Positions 9,711 to 20,566 are shown, counted from the first letter of the stretch. The stretch is DNA of 64,000 bases from an uncultured Acidobacteriota bacterium (GCA_963779415.1 CAVZYA010000002.1:1248001-1312000); one strand, 5' to 3'. Numbers and translations are program-made. The notes: generated from the sequence alone by a model not told the origin.

Positions 9711-10576
9711 GCGCCACCCTTCCGGCCTTCACCGCGGCCTCGTACAAGACCGACCTGAAGCCCGTCTGGTGCGCCGGGTGCGGCGATTTCGGCGCACTGA
9801 CCGGCGTCTACCGGGCGATGGCCGAGCTCCAGTGGGAGCCGTGGAACAGCGTAGTCGTCTCCGGCATCGGCTGCTCCTCGCGCCTGCCGGGCTACGTCGC
9901 CACGTACGGCTTCAACGGCATCCACGGCCGCGCCCTGACTCTGGCCACCGGCATCAAGGTGGCCCGCCCCGAGCTGCATGTGGTCGCCGTGGGGGGCGAC
10001 GGGGACGGACTCGCCATCGGCGGCAACCACCTCCTCCATTCGGCGCGCCGGAACCTCGACGTGACCTACCTGCTGATGGACAACGAGATCTACGGACTGA
10101 CGAAGGGGCAGGTGGCCCCCACGACGCCGGTCGGCGACAAGACGAAGTCGACGTACTACGGGAACCCCGAGCCGAATTTCGATCCATGCGAGCTGGCGGT
10201 CTCCTTCGGGGCGACGTGGGTCGGCCGCGCCTTCTCCGGCGACGTGAAGGGGACGGTCGATCTGATCGTCAAGGCGATGAAGCACCACGGCTTCGCCTTC
10301 CTGAACGTCATGTCCCCCTGCGTCACGTGGCGCGGCGAGGACCAGTTCAAGACCTTCAAGGCCAAGTCGAGGCCTCTCCCGGAAGGCCACGACCCGTCGA
10401 GCCGCGCCGAGGCAATGAAGTACACGCGCGAGAAGGACGTCATGACGCTCGGCGTCCTCTACGAGGTCCACCAGCCCTCGCTGACCGACCGGACCGAGGA
10501 CCTCAAGAAGCGGGCGAAGAAGGACCCGCAGCCGACGACCCAGGACATCGTCAAGACGTTCCTGCCTTCGTTCTGA
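9707..10576 (+). CDS. korB: 2-oxoacid:ferredoxin oxidoreductase, beta subunit
   Basis: WCAGCGDF, SGIGCSS, HGRA, GGDGD TPP motif, NEIYGLTKGQ; GTGA overlap with the alpha gene. Confidence 0.93.
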   Translation: MSATLPAFTAASYKTDLKPVWCAGCGDFGALTGVYRAMAELQWEPWNSVVVSGIGCSSRLPGYVATYGFNGIHGRALTLATGIKVARPELHVVAVGGDGDGLAIGGNHLLHSARRNLDVTYLLMDNEIYGLTKGQVAPTTPVGDKTKSTYYGNPEPNFDPCELAVSFGATWVGRAFSGDVKGTVDLIVKAMKHHGFAFLNVMSPCVTWRGEDQFKTFKAKSRPLPEGHDPSSRAEAMKYTREKDVMTLGVLYEVHQPSLTDRTEDLKKRAKKDPQPTTQDIVKTFLPSF

Positions 10577-10651
10577 TCGGCGCTTCGGCGCCGGGAAATG
10601 ACTAGGCCGGCGGGTGACCGCCGGCCTTTCGATTCAAGAAACGAGCGGGGC

Positions 10652-11587
10652 TCAGCGGCCGATGGCCATGGCGCCCATCGTGCCGGTCCCCATGCCGCGT
10701 CCGCCGTTCATCATGTTCCCCATGACGACGTAGCCGTCGTTCGTCGTGTTGTCGTTCACGACGGCGTAGGCCATGACCGTCCCCTGAGAGCCCTGGTTCA
10801 TCCGGACCCGGATCTGGAGGGTCGCGTCGTTGCCGCTCTTCGAGTGAACGTTCGCCAGGACGTCGTTGAACTGGTGCGACGAGTAGCCCTGGATCGTGAA
10901 GAAGAGGGATGCCGGGCCCGTTCCCGTCGGCGTCGAGCCGTCCCCGTCGAGGATCTCGACGAGGCCGCTGACCGTCGCGGAGTTCGTGTTGATCACGGCC
11001 ACGTTCACGCGGTTCCCGGGCTCCGGCAGAAGGCCGAGCATGTAAATCGCGAATTCGTCCATCCCGTACGACCCACCCATCATCGGCATCGACTGGAGCG
11101 ACATCTCGCTCGGCAGCCCCATCATGGCGAGGCCGAAGGCGCCGCCCCCGGCGTTGTTGTAGACGCGGGCCGTGGCGGAGACCGGGTTTGCCGCGACGAT
11201 CCGGATGTTCCCGGCCGCCTTCGACATGCCGAAGGTCGTGGAGACGATGTCCGGGAAGTAGGTCACGGGCTGCGTCAGCGTGACTGAAACCGAGGCCGCG
11301 GGGCTCGCGGACAGCGCGTCGGCCTCGTGGAAGTAGAGCGTCGCGCTGGTCGGCACGGTCTGACACCGGATCCAGAGGTCGGTCTGGAAGAACGCGCCCC
11401 CCTTGCCGTCTGCCCTCACGCCCGTCGGGACGATGATCTGCCCCGACATCCAGTCGGGCGGGCCTAACAAGGTAACGGGCGCTGAGCCGCCTCCGCCGCC
11501 CATCTGAGCTGCCGCAGGCCCGGAAGCGGAAACGAGAAGGAAGAGAACGAAGAATGAGGCAGATACGGCGCGGCGAATGAGTGTCAT
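10652..11587 (-). CDS. Secreted hypothetical protein, Met/Gly-rich
   Basis: Signal peptide MTLIRRAVSASFFVLFLLVSA; the segment IVP..G..F.TDLWI..SATARVYN..YAVVNDNTTND resembles the N-domain of 3794..5884. Confidence 0.7.
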   Translation of the reverse strand: MTLIRRAVSASFFVLFLLVSASGPAAAQMGGGGGSAPVTLLGPPDWMSGQIIVPTGVRADGKGGAFFQTDLWIRCQTVPTSATLYFHEADALSASPAASVSVTLTQPVTYFPDIVSTTFGMSKAAGNIRIVAANPVSATARVYNNAGGGAFGLAMMGLPSEMSLQSMPMMGGSYGMDEFAIYMLGLLPEPGNRVNVAVINTNSATVSGLVEILDGDGSTPTGTGPASLFFTIQGYSSHQFNDVLANVHSKSGNDATLQIRVRMNQGSQGTVMAYAVVNDNTTNDGYVVMGNMMNGGRGMGTGTMGAMAIGR

Positions 11588-11741
11588 GGTGACTCCCTTC
11601 CCTTGTAAGTGACATACGCCGCAATTTTCTTGCCCGGATTCCCGATCAACCCCGTTTGGTCTTCGTGACGCGGACTCTTTCGCGAAAATAGGCCGTCCAG
11701 GGCCGCTGACGACCGGTTCGGCGTGAAAGAATGACGGCGTC

Positions 11742-12518
11742 ATGTGCCTCGCTTTGATCGCCGTCGGCGTCCGGAAGGAGCTGCCCCTCGTCGTCGCGGC
11801 GAACCGCGACGAGTTCCACGCGCGCCCCAGCGCCCCGGCGGCCTTCTGGAGGGAGGCGCCGGGCCTCCTCGCGGGGCGGGATCTGGAAGCGGGGGGGACG
11901 TGGCTCGGCGTGACCCGGTCGGGACGTATCGCGCTCCTGACGAACCACCGGGACCCCCGCTCGCATCGCGACGGGGCTCCGTCGCGGGGCACGCTCGTCG
12001 TGGAGTTTCTCAAGGGGGAGGAGAACCCCGGAGATTTTCTTAGAAGGAAAGAGAGGGAAGCGGCGGCCTACAACGGGTTCCATCTCGTTGTGGGAGATCT
12101 TTCCGGACTCTGGTACTTGACGAACACCGCCACCGGCGGCGCTCCGCGGCGCCTTTCTCCCGGCGTCCACGGCATTTCGAACGGGCCGGTCGACGAGCCG
12201 TGGCCGAAGGTGACGCGGTCGACGGCGCGCCTCGCGGCGCTTCTCGAAGCCCCGTCGCCTCCCGTGCCCGAGGCGCTTCTCGATCTCCTCTCGGAGCGGG
12301 AGCGGGCGCCGGACGCCGAGCTGCCCGAGACGGGGATCCCTCTCGAATGGGAGCGCGCTCTCTCGTCGGTCTTCGTAGTCCACGGCGGCTACGGGACGCG
12401 CTGCTCGACGGCCCTCCTCGTCTCGAAAGACGGAGGGCTACGTTTCGTCGAGCGCAGCTTCGGTCCATCGGGTGAACCGACCGGCACGGTCGACGTCTCG
12501 TTCCGGTCCGGGACCTAG
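11742..12518 (+). CDS. NRDE/TANGO2 family protein
   Basis: MCL start, ANRDEF, GGTWLG, SRG, YGTRCST. Confidence 0.93.
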   Translation: MCLALIAVGVRKELPLVVAANRDEFHARPSAPAAFWREAPGLLAGRDLEAGGTWLGVTRSGRIALLTNHRDPRSHRDGAPSRGTLVVEFLKGEENPGDFLRRKEREAAAYNGFHLVVGDLSGLWYLTNTATGGAPRRLSPGVHGISNGPVDEPWPKVTRSTARLAALLEAPSPPVPEALLDLLSERERAPDAELPETGIPLEWERALSSVFVVHGGYGTRCSTALLVSKDGGLRFVERSFGPSGEPTGTVDVSFRSGT

Positions 12519-13690
12519 TGCGACTCCGAGAGAGCCACGTCGGCTTCGAGCGTCCGGTCGCCACGGAGGAACTTCACCTTCACCTTCTCGCCGGGCTTCC
12601 GCTTCTCGAGGAGGGTCGCGAGGTCGTCGTAGCTGTGGACCGGCTTGCCGTCCACCTCGACGATGACGTCGCCGACGAGGATGTCGCCGTTCTCGTCGCG
12701 GCGCGTTCCGCGAAGGCCGGCCTTCTCGGCGCCGGAGCCCTCGTTGACCGACAGGAGGAGGACGCCGTCCACGCCGAGGCGCCGGGCGAGACGGGCGTCG
12801 GCAAGGATGACGCCGAGCTGTGGCCGGACGATGCGGCCGTGCCGGATCAGCTCCGGGACGACCTCGTTAACCGTGTCGACCGGAATCGCGAAGCCGATCC
12901 CCGCGCTTCCGCCCGAAGGGCTCGCGATCTGCGTGTTGACCCCGATGAGCCGCCCCGCGCTGTCGAGAAGCGGGCCGCCGGAGTTGCCCGGGTTGATCGC
13001 CGCGTCCGTCTGGATGACGTCCCCGATCCTCCGGTTCGTCATCGACTCGATGCTCCGTCCGAGGGCGCTGACGATCCCCGTCGTCAGGGTCCGGTCGAGG
13101 CCGAAGGGGTTGCCGATGGCGAAGACCCGCTGTCCGACGGCGAGATCGCGGCTCGTTCCGAGAAGGATCGGTCTCAGCTTCCCGCGCGGCGCCTCGACCT
13201 GGAGAACGGCGATGTCCTTGTCGGGAGCGACGCCGACGATCCGGGCGGGATACGTGGACTGGTCGTCTAGCGTCACCTTGACGTCGGAGGAGTTCGCGAT
13301 GACGTGGAAGTTCGTCACGACGTGTCCGTCGGCATCCCAGAGGAACCCGGAGCCGGCCCCCTGCGGCACGTCCGTCACGTCGAAGAAGTTGCGTGCGCGG
13401 ACCAGCGTCGTGACGTAGACGACGGACGGGCTCGCTCTCTGGAACAGCTCGATCGTCGACTTCTCCTCGGAGGAGAGGTCGCCCCGCGCCGTGACCGGCC
13501 GGGGCTCGGCGGCAGGGCCGGTGACTCGCCGGGAGAAGGGGTTCGGAATCCCGCCCGAAAAGAAGCGGAAGACGAGATAGCCCACGAAGAGGCCGAGGAG
13601 GATCGGGAAGAGCGGCGACGGGCGCCGGGGCGGAAGGCCGGGATGCGGCGCCGGAGGGGGCGGAAACGAGACGGGCGGAAGGCTCGACAT
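12515..13690 (-). CDS. HtrA/DegP-like S1C serine protease with PDZ domain
   Basis: TM anchor, GSGF, VTNFHV, DIAVL, IQTDAAINPGNSGGPL, C-terminal PDZ. Confidence 0.93.
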   Translation of the reverse strand: MSSLPPVSFPPPPAPHPGLPPRRPSPLFPILLGLFVGYLVFRFFSGGIPNPFSRRVTGPAAEPRPVTARGDLSSEEKSTIELFQRASPSVVYVTTLVRARNFFDVTDVPQGAGSGFLWDADGHVVTNFHVIANSSDVKVTLDDQSTYPARIVGVAPDKDIAVLQVEAPRGKLRPILLGTSRDLAVGQRVFAIGNPFGLDRTLTTGIVSALGRSIESMTNRRIGDVIQTDAAINPGNSGGPLLDSAGRLIGVNTQIASPSGGSAGIGFAIPVDTVNEVVPELIRHGRIVRPQLGVILADARLARRLGVDGVLLLSVNEGSGAEKAGLRGTRRDENGDILVGDVIVEVDGKPVHSYDDLATLLEKRKPGEKVKVKFLRGDRTLEADVALSESH

Positions 13691-13728
13691 TCTCGTCGTC
13701 GATTCTAGGCCCCCGTCGCTCTCGCCCG

Positions 13729-15144
13729 TTACGCCCCGCCCCCCGGCCCGACCATCTTCGAGGGGTCGACCCAGCGGTCGAAATCCCCGGGCGTGACGTA
13801 TCCGAGGGCGACCGCCGCCTCCTTGAGCGTCGTTCCCTCCTTGTGCGCCTTCTTCGCGATCTCGGCCGCCCTGTCGTAGCCGATGTGGGGATTCAGGGCC
13901 GTGACGAGCATGAGCGACTCCCTCGTCAGCGCGGCGATCCGCGCGCGGTCGGGCTCGATCCCCTCGGCGCAGTGGATCCGGAAGCTCCGGCAGGCGTCGG
14001 CGAGGAGCCGGACCGACTCGAGGAGGTTGTGGATCATGACCGGCTTCATGACGTTCAGCTCGAAGTTCCCCTGGCTCGCTGCGAAGGCGACCGCCGCGTC
14101 GTTGCCGTAGACCTCGGCGACGACCATCGTCATCGCCTCGGCCTGCGTCGGGTTCACCTTCCCCGGCATGATCGAGCTGCCCGGCTCGTTCTCCGGGATC
14201 CGGATCTCGCCGAGGCCCGAGCGGGGCCCGGAAGCCAGCCACCTCACGTCGTTCGCGATCTTCATGAGCGAACCGGCGAGCGTCCGGAGGGCCCCGGAGG
14301 CGAAGGCGAGCGCGTCGTGCGCCGCCAGCGCCTCGAACTTGTTCGGGGCGGCGACGAAGGGGTGCCCCGCCAGCTCCGAGATCCTCGTCGCCATCCGCGC
14401 GGCATAGCCGGGAGGGGCGTTGAGCCCCGTCCCGACGGCCGTCCCTCCGATGGCCAGCTCCGAGAGGTGCGGAAGCGCCTGGGCCAGATGGGCGATGCCG
14501 TGGTCGAGCTGGGAGACCCAGCCCGAGATCTCCTGCCCGAGCGTCAGCGGGACGGCGTCCTGCAGGTGCGTCCGCCCGATCTTGACGATGTCGGCGAACG
14601 CCTTCGCCTTGCCGTCGAGGACGTCGCGGAGCTTCGTCACCTCGGGGAGGAGCCGCTCCGAGATCTCGGAGACGGCCGCGATCGACATCGCGGTCGGGAA
14701 GGTGTCGTTCGAGGACTGCGACCGGTTGACGTCGTCGTTCGGATGGACCGGCGTCTTCGACCCGACGACGCCCCCCGCCATCTCGATCGCCCGGTTCGCG
14801 ATCACCTCGTTCGCGTTCATGTTCGTCTGCGTGCCGCTCCCCGTCTGGAAGACGACGAGGGGGAAGTGGTCGTCCAGCTTTCCCGCGATCACCTCGTCGG
14901 CGGCGGCGGCGATCCACTTCGCCTTTTCGGGAGGGAGGAGGCCGAGGTCGCGGTTCACCTCGGCCGCGGCCTTCTTCAGGATGCCGAAGGCCCGGATCAT
15001 CGGGCGGCCGAACCGGGCCCCGCCGATCTCGAAGTTCCGGAGGGAGCGCTCGGTCTGCGCGCCCCAGTAACGGTCGGCCGCGACCGCGATCTCGCCCATC
15101 GTGTCCTTTTCGATCCGCGTGGCCATCGGCTCTTCCGGCGACAT
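13729..15144 (-). CDS. fumC: Class II fumarate hydratase
   Basis: [34 protein letters not shown]. Confidence 0.97.
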   Translation of the reverse strand: MSPEEPMATRIEKDTMGEIAVAADRYWGAQTERSLRNFEIGGARFGRPMIRAFGILKKAAAEVNRDLGLLPPEKAKWIAAAADEVIAGKLDDHFPLVVFQTGSGTQTNMNANEVIANRAIEMAGGVVGSKTPVHPNDDVNRSQSSNDTFPTAMSIAAVSEISERLLPEVTKLRDVLDGKAKAFADIVKIGRTHLQDAVPLTLGQEISGWVSQLDHGIAHLAQALPHLSELAIGGTAVGTGLNAPPGYAARMATRISELAGHPFVAAPNKFEALAAHDALAFASGALRTLAGSLMKIANDVRWLASGPRSGLGEIRIPENEPGSSIMPGKVNPTQAEAMTMVVAEVYGNDAAVAFAASQGNFELNVMKPVMIHNLLESVRLLADACRSFRIHCAEGIEPDRARIAALTRESLMLVTALNPHIGYDRAAEIAKKAHKEGTTLKEAAVALGYVTPGDFDRWVDPSKMVGPGGGA

Positions 15145-15184
15145 TCTCTCTCATCGGTACGCGCGATTTCATAGACTCGGATGC

Positions 15185-16153
15185 ATGAAAGCGATCCGTC
15201 ACCACGAGAACGGCGGTCCCGAGGTCCTTCGGCTCGAGGAAATTCCCGTCCCGCGCCCGAAAGAAGGCGAGGCGCTCGTCGCCGTCGAGGCGATCGGCCT
15301 CAATTTCATCGAGGTCTACGTCCGGCGCGGCTGGTACAAGGCCGCGCTTCCCCTCACCCCCGGCTCGGAGTGCGCCGGAACGGTGCGGGAGGTCGGGCCG
15401 GGCGTCACGTCCGTGAAGCCGGGCGACCGCGTCGCGACGGTGAACGCCGCGGGGTCGTACGCGGAGCGGACGCTCGTTCCGGCCGTGCGCCTCGTCCCTC
15501 TTCCGGAAGGGGTGACGCCGCGCGACGCGGCCGCCGTGATCCTGCAGGGGATGACGGCGCATTACCTCACGACGGCGGTCTACCCGCTCAAGTTGGGGGA
15601 CACCTGCCTCGTCCATGCGGCCGCGGGCGGCGCCGGGCTCCTCCTCTGCCAGATGGCGAAAAAGCGGGGCGCCCGCGTGATCGGGACGGTCTCCACGTGG
15701 GAGAAGGCGGCCCTCGCGAAGGCGGCCGGAGCGGACGACGTCGTCGTCTACACGGAGCAGGACTTCGTGGCGGAAGTGAAGAGCGCGACCGGAGGGCGGG
15801 GCGTCAACGTGGTCTACGACTCGGTCGGGGCGACGACATTCGAGAAGGGGCTCGACGTTCTCGCACCGCGAGGCATGATGGCGCTCTTCGGCCAGTCGAG
15901 CGGCCCGGCCAAACCCTTCGATCCGCAGATCCTGAACTCGAAAGGGTCCCTCTTTCTCACCCGTCCCACCCTCGGCCACTATGTGGCGACGCGCGAGGAG
16001 CTGCTCCACCGGGCCGCGGAGGTCTTCGACTGGGTGAGGGACGGCTCGCTCAAGATCCGGATCGGCGCCGAGTTCCCCCTCGCGAAGGCCGAGGACGCCC
16101 ATCGCGCCCTCGAAGGGCGCCAGACGACGGGGAAGGTGCTTCTGATTCCGTAA
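15185..16153 (+). CDS. qor: NADPH:quinone oxidoreductase (zeta-crystallin/MDR)
   Basis: [36 protein letters not shown]. Confidence 0.92.
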   Translation: MKAIRHHENGGPEVLRLEEIPVPRPKEGEALVAVEAIGLNFIEVYVRRGWYKAALPLTPGSECAGTVREVGPGVTSVKPGDRVATVNAAGSYAERTLVPAVRLVPLPEGVTPRDAAAVILQGMTAHYLTTAVYPLKLGDTCLVHAAAGGAGLLLCQMAKKRGARVIGTVSTWEKAALAKAAGADDVVVYTEQDFVAEVKSATGGRGVNVVYDSVGATTFEKGLDVLAPRGMMALFGQSSGPAKPFDPQILNSKGSLFLTRPTLGHYVATREELLHRAAEVFDWVRDGSLKIRIGAEFPLAKAEDAHRALEGRQTTGKVLLIP

Positions 16154-16183
16154 TCAGGAACAACGGGTCTCCGGCGCGACAGG

Positions 16184-17146
16184 TCACCCCGGGCGCCGAA
16201 GCCCGAGCAGACGCCGGAAAAGGGCGTAACCAAGAACGACCCCCATGGCCTCGATGCCGGTAAAGACGCCGAAGACAAGAAACGCCCCGCGGGTCGTGCC
16301 CGGCAACCCCTCTCCGAACACTTCGCTCAATGCCAGCGCGAACCCGCACGCCAGGGCGATCAGTCCGACGCAAGGCCACGGGTGAGCGCGGAGCAATCGG
16401 GAGAGAGTCCGCCCGGGCGGTTGGTCGGCGGCGCCCGAGCCTCTGCTCTTCGACGAGGCGGGCCTCACGTGCTCGAGAACGGCGTGAAGATCGTCCAGCA
16501 GATCCTCGTCGTAAACCTGCGCCGGGGGCACCAGCGCCAGAGCGAGAGACCAGACCTCGAAGAAGAGCAGCACCGTTCCGAATGTCGCGGTCAGGATCGC
16601 GCCGGAGACGCCGTGGCGCCATGCCTCGGGATAGAGGGCCAGAACGAGGGCGCCTCCACCCGTGATGGCGGCCGCCCGGCCCCATGCGGGAGGAGGAAGC
16701 GACGGCGCGGCGATTCGGGCGGCACGCAAGAGCATGGCGACGCCGCCGGCCGTCGAAAGACCAAGGATCCCGAGAACGATCGTCAGATGCCGCCCCGCCT
16801 CAGACGGCAGCCAGACGTCCGGATGGCGGATCATCGCAACGATGTCTGCGATCACGGTGACGAAGAAGGCCAGCATCGCGATGACGATGCCGCGGACGAT
16901 CCGCGACGCAGGCGCGTCGGGGACGCGGTCGACGACATGACCTCGCAGGGCGCGTAGCAGCGACAGCGCTGCTGCGACCGCGGCCAGCTGCACCGCAAAG
17001 GATCCGACGGCGTCGTAGGGGTCATCAACGAACGGAGCGACCCGGACGAGTGCGGGCCGGTGCTTGGCGGCAAAGAAACAGAGGCTGAAAGCGGCCGTTG
17101 TCGCCGCGCACGCGAAGGCGACACGTCGCAGCCACGATGGCTTCAT
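16184..17146 (-). CDS. Multi-pass membrane hypothetical protein
   Basis: About 8 hydrophobic segments, PFVDDPYDAVGSFA motif; family not recognised. Confidence 0.7.
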   Translation of the reverse strand: MKPSWLRRVAFACAATTAAFSLCFFAAKHRPALVRVAPFVDDPYDAVGSFAVQLAAVAAALSLLRALRGHVVDRVPDAPASRIVRGIVIAMLAFFVTVIADIVAMIRHPDVWLPSEAGRHLTIVLGILGLSTAGGVAMLLRAARIAAPSLPPPAWGRAAAITGGGALVLALYPEAWRHGVSGAILTATFGTVLLFFEVWSLALALVPPAQVYDEDLLDDLHAVLEHVRPASSKSRGSGAADQPPGRTLSRLLRAHPWPCVGLIALACGFALALSEVFGEGLPGTTRGAFLVFGVFTGIEAMGVVLGYALFRRLLGLRRPG

Positions 17147-17236
17147 CTCCCGCCAGTTCCAATCGTCAATCCAGCGACCATCGCGAGTACGACTCTTCCC
17201 GCCCGGCGACGAGGTCCGGGAGCGGGCTCGTCACGT

Positions 17237-17839
17237 CTATGTTGCGGCCTTGGGCTCGATGACCGCGCCCGTCTGCGTGCCCGTGACGCTCTGGACGTAG
17301 GCCCGGGCCACCGTCGCCGCGGAGAGGCCGTGCGCGGGGTCCATGCCGAGGGCCTGAAGCGTCTCGGTGACCCATGGAGGGCTCACCACGTTTACGCGGA
17401 TCCCGCGAGGCGCTTCGAGAGCCGCGGCCCGGGCGAAGCCTTCGAGGCCGGCGTTCACGAGGCTGATCGCCGCGCTTCCGACCATCGGCGAATGCGACAG
17501 GACGCCGCTCGTCAACGTGAACGAGCCTTTGTCGCGCACCGACGGAAGGCCGATCCGGACCAGATTGACCTGGCCCATCAGTTTGTTGGCCACGGAGAAG
17601 GCGAAATCGGCGTCCGAGAGGCCGTGCAGGGGAGCGAACTTCGCCTGGCCGGCCGCGCTGACGACGGCATCCACCGCGCCGACCTGCCGGTACATGGCGG
17701 CGATCGACGCCGGGCTCGCGAGGTCCACCGTCACGGCCGTCTTTTGGAAACTGACCGGCACGACGTCGTGGTGCGGCTCGAGTGCGGCCACAACCGCCCG
17801 CCCGATCGTCCCTGTAGCCCCGACCACCAGAATTCGCAT
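17237..17839 (-). CDS. Short-chain dehydrogenase/reductase
   Basis: GATGTIG Rossmann motif, KLMGQVNL, IRVNVVSP; GGAGG RBS. Confidence 0.9.
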   Translation of the reverse strand: MRILVVGATGTIGRAVVAALEPHHDVVPVSFQKTAVTVDLASPASIAAMYRQVGAVDAVVSAAGQAKFAPLHGLSDADFAFSVANKLMGQVNLVRIGLPSVRDKGSFTLTSGVLSHSPMVGSAAISLVNAGLEGFARAAALEAPRGIRVNVVSPPWVTETLQALGMDPAHGLSAATVARAYVQSVTGTQTGAVIEPKAAT

Positions 17840-18030
17840 GCTGCTTCCTCCTTCCGACAGGTTAACAAGGCGGGCCGATCGGCATCGGCTCCGGATCCCC
17901 GAAAACGCCGATCGCGTCCTTGAGTCGGACGAGCCTCGGAATCTTCACGAGCGACGCGTCCGTGACGACGAACGTTACCGCGCTTCGTCCGACGACGCTC
18001 CCCGATGGCGCAAACCAGGGCCGCGAAGGG

Positions 18031-18540
18031 TCAGGCGGAGCCCGGCGGAGCGCCGGAGAGCGCTTTGATGGCGATCGCGCCGCTGCTCTGGTTCTGGCCC
18101 GTGAGGGCTCGTCTCAGGTAGCCCACCTGGCCGAGGTGATGCGCGAGGTGAGTGCAGAGGTGAAGGAGGAACAGACCAGTCGGCACCGGGCCGCCGCCGG
18201 GAACGTCGGGAAATCCGGCCGAGAGCACCTCCCCGGGGAGGCGAGAGAGGACCGCGTCGACGACCTGAATCGTCTTCTTGAGCTCGCCCGAGAGCGCGGC
18301 GCGAGAGACGCCGAGAGCGCTGAACTCGAGATCCCGATTGCGAACGTAACCCGTGCCGCCGAGGACGGCCCCGACGAAGTGCTGGAGATTGCCGCAAACG
18401 TGAAGAGTCAGCGTCCCTGCGGAGTTCGAGATGCCCGGAACGACCCTCCAGATCAGGCTTTCGTCCGGAAACAGCTCGAGTTCGCGTGCGAACGACGTCA
18501 GCTCCCGTGTCAGGAGAAGTCGGATCCATGCGATTTCCAC
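18031..18540 (-). CDS. DinB-like (DUF1572-type) protein
   Basis: NSAGTLTLHVCGNL, YVRNRDLEF, HLAHHLGQ. Confidence 0.85.
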   Translation of the reverse strand: MEIAWIRLLLTRELTSFARELELFPDESLIWRVVPGISNSAGTLTLHVCGNLQHFVGAVLGGTGYVRNRDLEFSALGVSRAALSGELKKTIQVVDAVLSRLPGEVLSAGFPDVPGGGPVPTGLFLLHLCTHLAHHLGQVGYLRRALTGQNQSSGAIAIKALSGAPPGSA

Positions 18541-18608
18541 TCGTTTCGTCTCCTTCCGTCTCCGCCGCCCGCAAGGGCTACGCGGCGGTGACACCCCGCC
18601 CCACGATA

Positions 18609-18622
18609 TTACCGATCGGTAA
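18609..18622. promoter_or_regulatory. Perfect 14-bp palindrome, candidate operator
   Basis: TTACCGATCGGTAA in the gap between the divergent DinB-like and transporter genes. Confidence 0.5.
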
Positions 18623-18784
18623 CGGTCCCCGGGGGCTCGTCTCGGCCAAGCCGTTCAGGGGAAAGTCCTTCGCGGCCGACCCGCTCAGGCAGAGCCCTTG
18701 CTCTTCGGAAAACGGGTGTTCTGGGGGTAAGGGGGGGCCCGCACGGGGACAACGGGTTCGTATGTCGCCTGAAGGGAGGCCGAC

Positions 18785-20227
18785 ATGAAAGAGCGGAAGT
18801 TCATCCAGAACACCGAAGACTGGTGGGCCCTCTGGATCGGGCTCTTCGTCTTCGTCCTGTCCCTGGGTCCACTCGTCGGGAAGGATCTTCTCGGATTCGG
18901 CGTGGCCACGAGCGTGTGGGTGAACATCGCAAAGGCGATGGCACCGGTCTCCAAGGCCTGGGCGGCGCTGTCGGGCTTCGGGGCCTTGCTGCTGACCTAC
19001 CTGTTCATGCTCGTCATCATGTGCGTCGGCGCCCGGGCCCTCAAGTTCAAGCTCAAGGAGTTCGCCATCAGCTTTACGGTGATCTTCTGGGTGAGCTACG
19101 GCTGCTGGCTCATCGGGAACCTCGCCTACATCGCCGCGACGCCGGACAAGCGGGCGGCCTTCAAGATCCCCTGGTCGCTGGGGCTCACGGGAGAGGCCGG
19201 CTTCGTGGTGGCCCTGATCGCGGGCCTGATCATCGGCAACTTCTTCCCGCGAGCGACCGCTTTCCTTACGGAGGCCACCCGTCCCGAGTGGTACATCAAG
19301 ACCGCCATCGTGATCCTGGGGGCCTTCCTCGGCGTGCAGGCGGCGGGGGCCACCGGACTGGCCAAGGCGATCATGTTCCGCGGCTTTGCCGCCATCGTCG
19401 AGGCGTACCTGATCTACTGGGCGCTCGTCTACCTGGTGGCGCGGAAGGTCTTCAAGTTCAGCAAGGAGTGGTCGGCGCCGCTCGCGTCCGGCATCTCCAT
19501 CTGTGGCGTCTCGGCGGCCGTCGCCACCGGCGCCGCCATCAAGAGCCGGCCGGTCGTCCCGATCATGGTCTCCTCCCTCGTCGTGATCTTCGCCGTGGTC
19601 GAGCTCCTCTTCCTGCCGTTCGTGGCGGAGACGTTCCTCTACCAGCAGCCGATGGTGGCCGGGGCCTGGATGGGCCTCGCGGTCAAGACCGACGGCGCCG
19701 CGGTGGCCAGCGGGGCCATCACCGACGCGCTGATCCGGGCCAAGGCCCTGGAGGCCACGGGCGTCCACTACAAAGAGGGGTGGATGCTCATGACCACGAC
19801 GACGGTGAAGGTGTTCATCGACATCTTCATCGGAATATGGGCGGTCATCCTGGCGGTCGTCTGGGCCACCGCCATCGAGAAGAAGCCCGGGGAGAGGGCG
19901 ACGGTGAGACAGATCTGGGAGCGCTGTCCGAAGTTCGTCTTCGGCTACGTCGCGACCTTCTTCGTGATGCTGATCCTGGCGATCCAGGCGCCGGCGTTCC
20001 TCGCCGCCTCCAAGATCTCGACCTCCGAAAGCAACATCTTCCGCGTCCTTTTCTTCGTGATGACCTTCTTCACCATCGGCCTCGTTTCGAACTTCAAGAA
20101 GCTCTGGGAAGAGGGGATCGGCAAGCTGGCTCTCGTCTACATCGTCTGCCTCTTCGGCTTCATCGTCTGGATCGGCCTGGCCATTTCGTGGATCTTCTTC
20201 CACGGGATCGTCCCCCCCACCTTGTGA
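18785..20227 (+). CDS. Putative sulfate exporter (YeiH/UPF0324) family transporter
   Basis: EDWWALWIG, YIKTAIVILG, GISICGVSAA, many TM helices. Confidence 0.88.
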   Translation: MKERKFIQNTEDWWALWIGLFVFVLSLGPLVGKDLLGFGVATSVWVNIAKAMAPVSKAWAALSGFGALLLTYLFMLVIMCVGARALKFKLKEFAISFTVIFWVSYGCWLIGNLAYIAATPDKRAAFKIPWSLGLTGEAGFVVALIAGLIIGNFFPRATAFLTEATRPEWYIKTAIVILGAFLGVQAAGATGLAKAIMFRGFAAIVEAYLIYWALVYLVARKVFKFSKEWSAPLASGISICGVSAAVATGAAIKSRPVVPIMVSSLVVIFAVVELLFLPFVAETFLYQQPMVAGAWMGLAVKTDGAAVASGAITDALIRAKALEATGVHYKEGWMLMTTTTVKVFIDIFIGIWAVILAVVWATAIEKKPGERATVRQIWERCPKFVFGYVATFFVMLILAIQAPAFLAASKISTSESNIFRVLFFVMTFFTIGLVSNFKKLWEEGIGKLALVYIVCLFGFIVWIGLAISWIFFHGIVPPTL

Positions 20228-20281
20228 GGGGGCGCTCCGGGATCCGAAGGGTGAGAACGGCGAACTGAAAAGGGGGAGATC

Positions 20282-20566
20282 ATGGCACCGGCAGTCCTGG
20301 CCCCACCCGAACCGAAGGTCGAAAAAGAGCAGAAACCCGCGGTGAAGCCACCCGTGCCCGGAGCCTCCCCGCCGCGAGCGCCTCGCGAGCCGGTCACGGC
20401 CCCACCCGCGGCGACGATCGGCAAGCAGGTGGCCGAAGAGCTGGCGAAGACGCCCTACGAGCCGTTTCTGCCCGTGGAAGCCAAGCTCGTCACCTGGAGT
20501 CTGATCCTCGGCGTGGGGCTTCTCGCGCTCCTCGTCTGGGCCAGCAACACGTTCTTCGCGCACTGA
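20282..20566 (+). CDS. Small single-TM protein downstream of the transporter
   Basis: GGAG RBS; Pro-rich N-terminus, EPFLPVEAKLVTWSLILGVGLL TM segment. Confidence 0.7.
   Translation: MAPAVLAPPEPKVEKEQKPAVKPPVPGASPPRAPREPVTAPPAATIGKQVAEELAKTPYEPFLPVEAKLVTWSLILGVGLLALLVWASNTFFAH

Noticed and set aside
12515-16102. 1195-aa ORF and other long overlapping or antisense ORFs (e.g. 20490..23510, 47297..49999, 54422..57133, the 5' extension of 46163..50179)
   Set aside because: Shadow frames of high-GC genes, Arg/Pro-rich and without motifs; only the HtrA and PPDK portions are real
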